From an uncultured Aquimarina sp. (GTDB lineage Bacteria; Bacteroidota; Bacteroidia; Flavobacteriales; Flavobacteriaceae), in assembly GCA_947500505.1 (NCBI GenBank), contig CANMSL010000019.1, forward strand, positions 11,244 through 75,243: a stretch of 64,000 nucleotides of DNA, written 5' to 3'. The position numbers and the translations under genes are program-made. Every line of letters begins with the position of its first letter. Within the stretch, counting starts at the first letter, position 1. Of the stretch, positions 62,727-64,000 are shown in pieces. Under the pieces are notes generated by a model that was not told the DNA's origin, made no database searches, and was given only the letters and a program-made list of their open reading frames with translations.

Positions 62727-64000
62727 ATGCCTATTACTATTATGGGAGACAAAGAATTCGAGTCTGTCCCTTCGCTTAAAAGCAAAGCTCTTCGCATCAA
62801 TCTAAATGCAAACATCTATGGTACCTTTGCCGAAATTGGTGCTGGTCAGGAAACAGCACGTAATTTCTTTAGAGCCGGAGGTGCTTCTGGTACTATTGCA
62901 AAGGCGATGAGTGCCTATGATAAAGATTTTAGTGATGCCATTTATGGAATAGAAGATGATAAACGTTATGTCACCGAGGCACGATTAAAAAAAATGCTCA
63001 GGCATGAGGTTCGACTTATAGAGGAACGTATTAAAAGGGAAAAACATCCTAATAAACTATTTTTTAGTTATGCGAATACCGTTGCTACAATAGATTTTGC
63101 AAAAAAATATAAAGGACACGGTTGGGTAGGTATTCGGTATCAAACGAAACCGGATGAAGATTATAACGAAATTATCCTGCATATTCGTTTTCACGAAAAC
63201 GATGCCAGATTACAGCAAATGACATTAGGTGTTTTAGGTGTAAACCTAATTTATGGGGCATATTATAAATATGATAACCCAAAGAAGCTACTACGTTATC
63301 TTTATGATCATTTAGATAAAGATCAGATAGAAATTGATACCATAAATTTTTCAGGACCCCGATTCCAGAAGGTTGATAATAGATTGATGAGCTTACAGTT
63401 GGTCAAGAATGGAATGACAGAGGCAGTAATGTTTGGACCTGATGGTAATAATGTGTTACCAGCTGCAGTATTGTATAAAAAGAATATTCTGGCACTTAGG
63501 GGTAGTTTTAGACCTGTGACAAAAGTAAATATGGATATTTACAAAAAGTCGCTCAATATGTTCCTGAATGAAAACAAGGTAAGAAAGGAAAAAAGTATAG
63601 AGATTTTTGAGATTACTCTATCTAATCTGAGAGCAGAAGGAGAAATTGATGAAGAAGATTTTATGTCCAGAGCGAGACTGTTGTGTTCTTTAGGACAAAC
63701 GGTGATGATTTCTAATTTCCAGGAGTATTATAAGGTTGTAGAGTATTTTTCTAACTATACCAAAGAACGTATGGCTCTATCTATGGGTGTAAACAATTTG
63801 GTGGACATTTTTGATGAGAAATATTACCGACATCTAAGTGGTGGCATTCTGGAAGCTTTTGGAAAACTTTTCTTCAAAGATCTTAAAGTATATTTATATC
63901 CGCTTAAAGATCCCGTAACCGGCGAACTAACTACCAGCGAAAACCTGAAGGTTCACCCAAGAATGAAGGAATTATACAAATTCTTCAAGCATAATGGTAA
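62727..64000 (+). CDS. Conserved Bacteroidetes nucleotidyltransferase-like protein (runs off right edge; not in ORF track)
   Basis: Manual translation MPITIMGDKEFESVPSLKSKALRINLNANIYGTFAEIGAGQETARNFFRAGGASGTIAKAMSAYD...; later LALRGSFRPVT Rossmann-like motif; no stop seen to the window end. Confidence 0.75.
   Translation, partial: MPITIMGDKEFESVPSLKSKALRINLNANIYGTFAEIGAGQETARNFFRAGGASGTIAKAMSAYDKDFSDAIYGIEDDKRYVTEARLKKMLRHEVRLIEERIKREKHPNKLFFSYANTVATIDFAKKYKGHGWVGIRYQTKPDEDYNEIILHIRFHENDARLQQMTLGVLGVNLIYGAYYKYDNPKKLLRYLYDHLDKDQIEIDTINFSGPRFQKVDNRLMSLQLVKNGMTEAVMFGPDGNNVLPAAVLYKKNILALRGSFRPVTKVNMDIYKKSLNMFLNENKVRKEKSIEIFEITLSNLRAEGEIDEEDFMSRARLLCSLGQTVMISNFQEYYKVVEYFSNYTKERMALSMGVNNLVDIFDEKYYRHLSGGILEAFGKLFFKDLKVYLYPLKDPVTGELTTSENLKVHPRMKELYKFFKHNG

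Overview
Chromosomal window from a low-GC Flavobacteriaceae bacterium (Aquimarina-like by gene content, Bacteroidetes TAnnTTTG promoters, T9SS cargo; the genus call is an impression). It runs from a truncated parE at the left edge to a truncated nucleotidyltransferase-like gene at the right edge. Core genes (katG, ychF, serC, serA, folE, msrA, lolD-like, DEAD-box helicase, batA-like, pyrC-like, MBL hydrolase) alternate with accessory peptidases, hydrolases, sensors and outer-membrane proteins. I saw no tRNA, rRNA, CRISPR array, integrase, transposase or recognisable riboswitch. The most system-like locus is 37.7-41.7 kb: a PhoX-like lipoprotein with an acidic collagen-like linker, followed by a lipoprotein fusing a helical (imelysin-like?) domain to a MauG-type di-heme domain. 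Upstream are 11-bp-phased repeats and a frameshifted relic of a second di-heme gene. Items missing from the ORF track include an ArsR/SRPBCC deletion-fusion relic, a 54-aa membrane ORF, a DUF4870 pseudogene and two REP/MITE-like palindromic elements. Also notable are a MepA-like peptidase hidden in a hypothetical ORF and a T9SS-exported sugar dehydrogenase fused to a 7-blade propeller. Family calls come from motif recognition by eye; no database searches were run.
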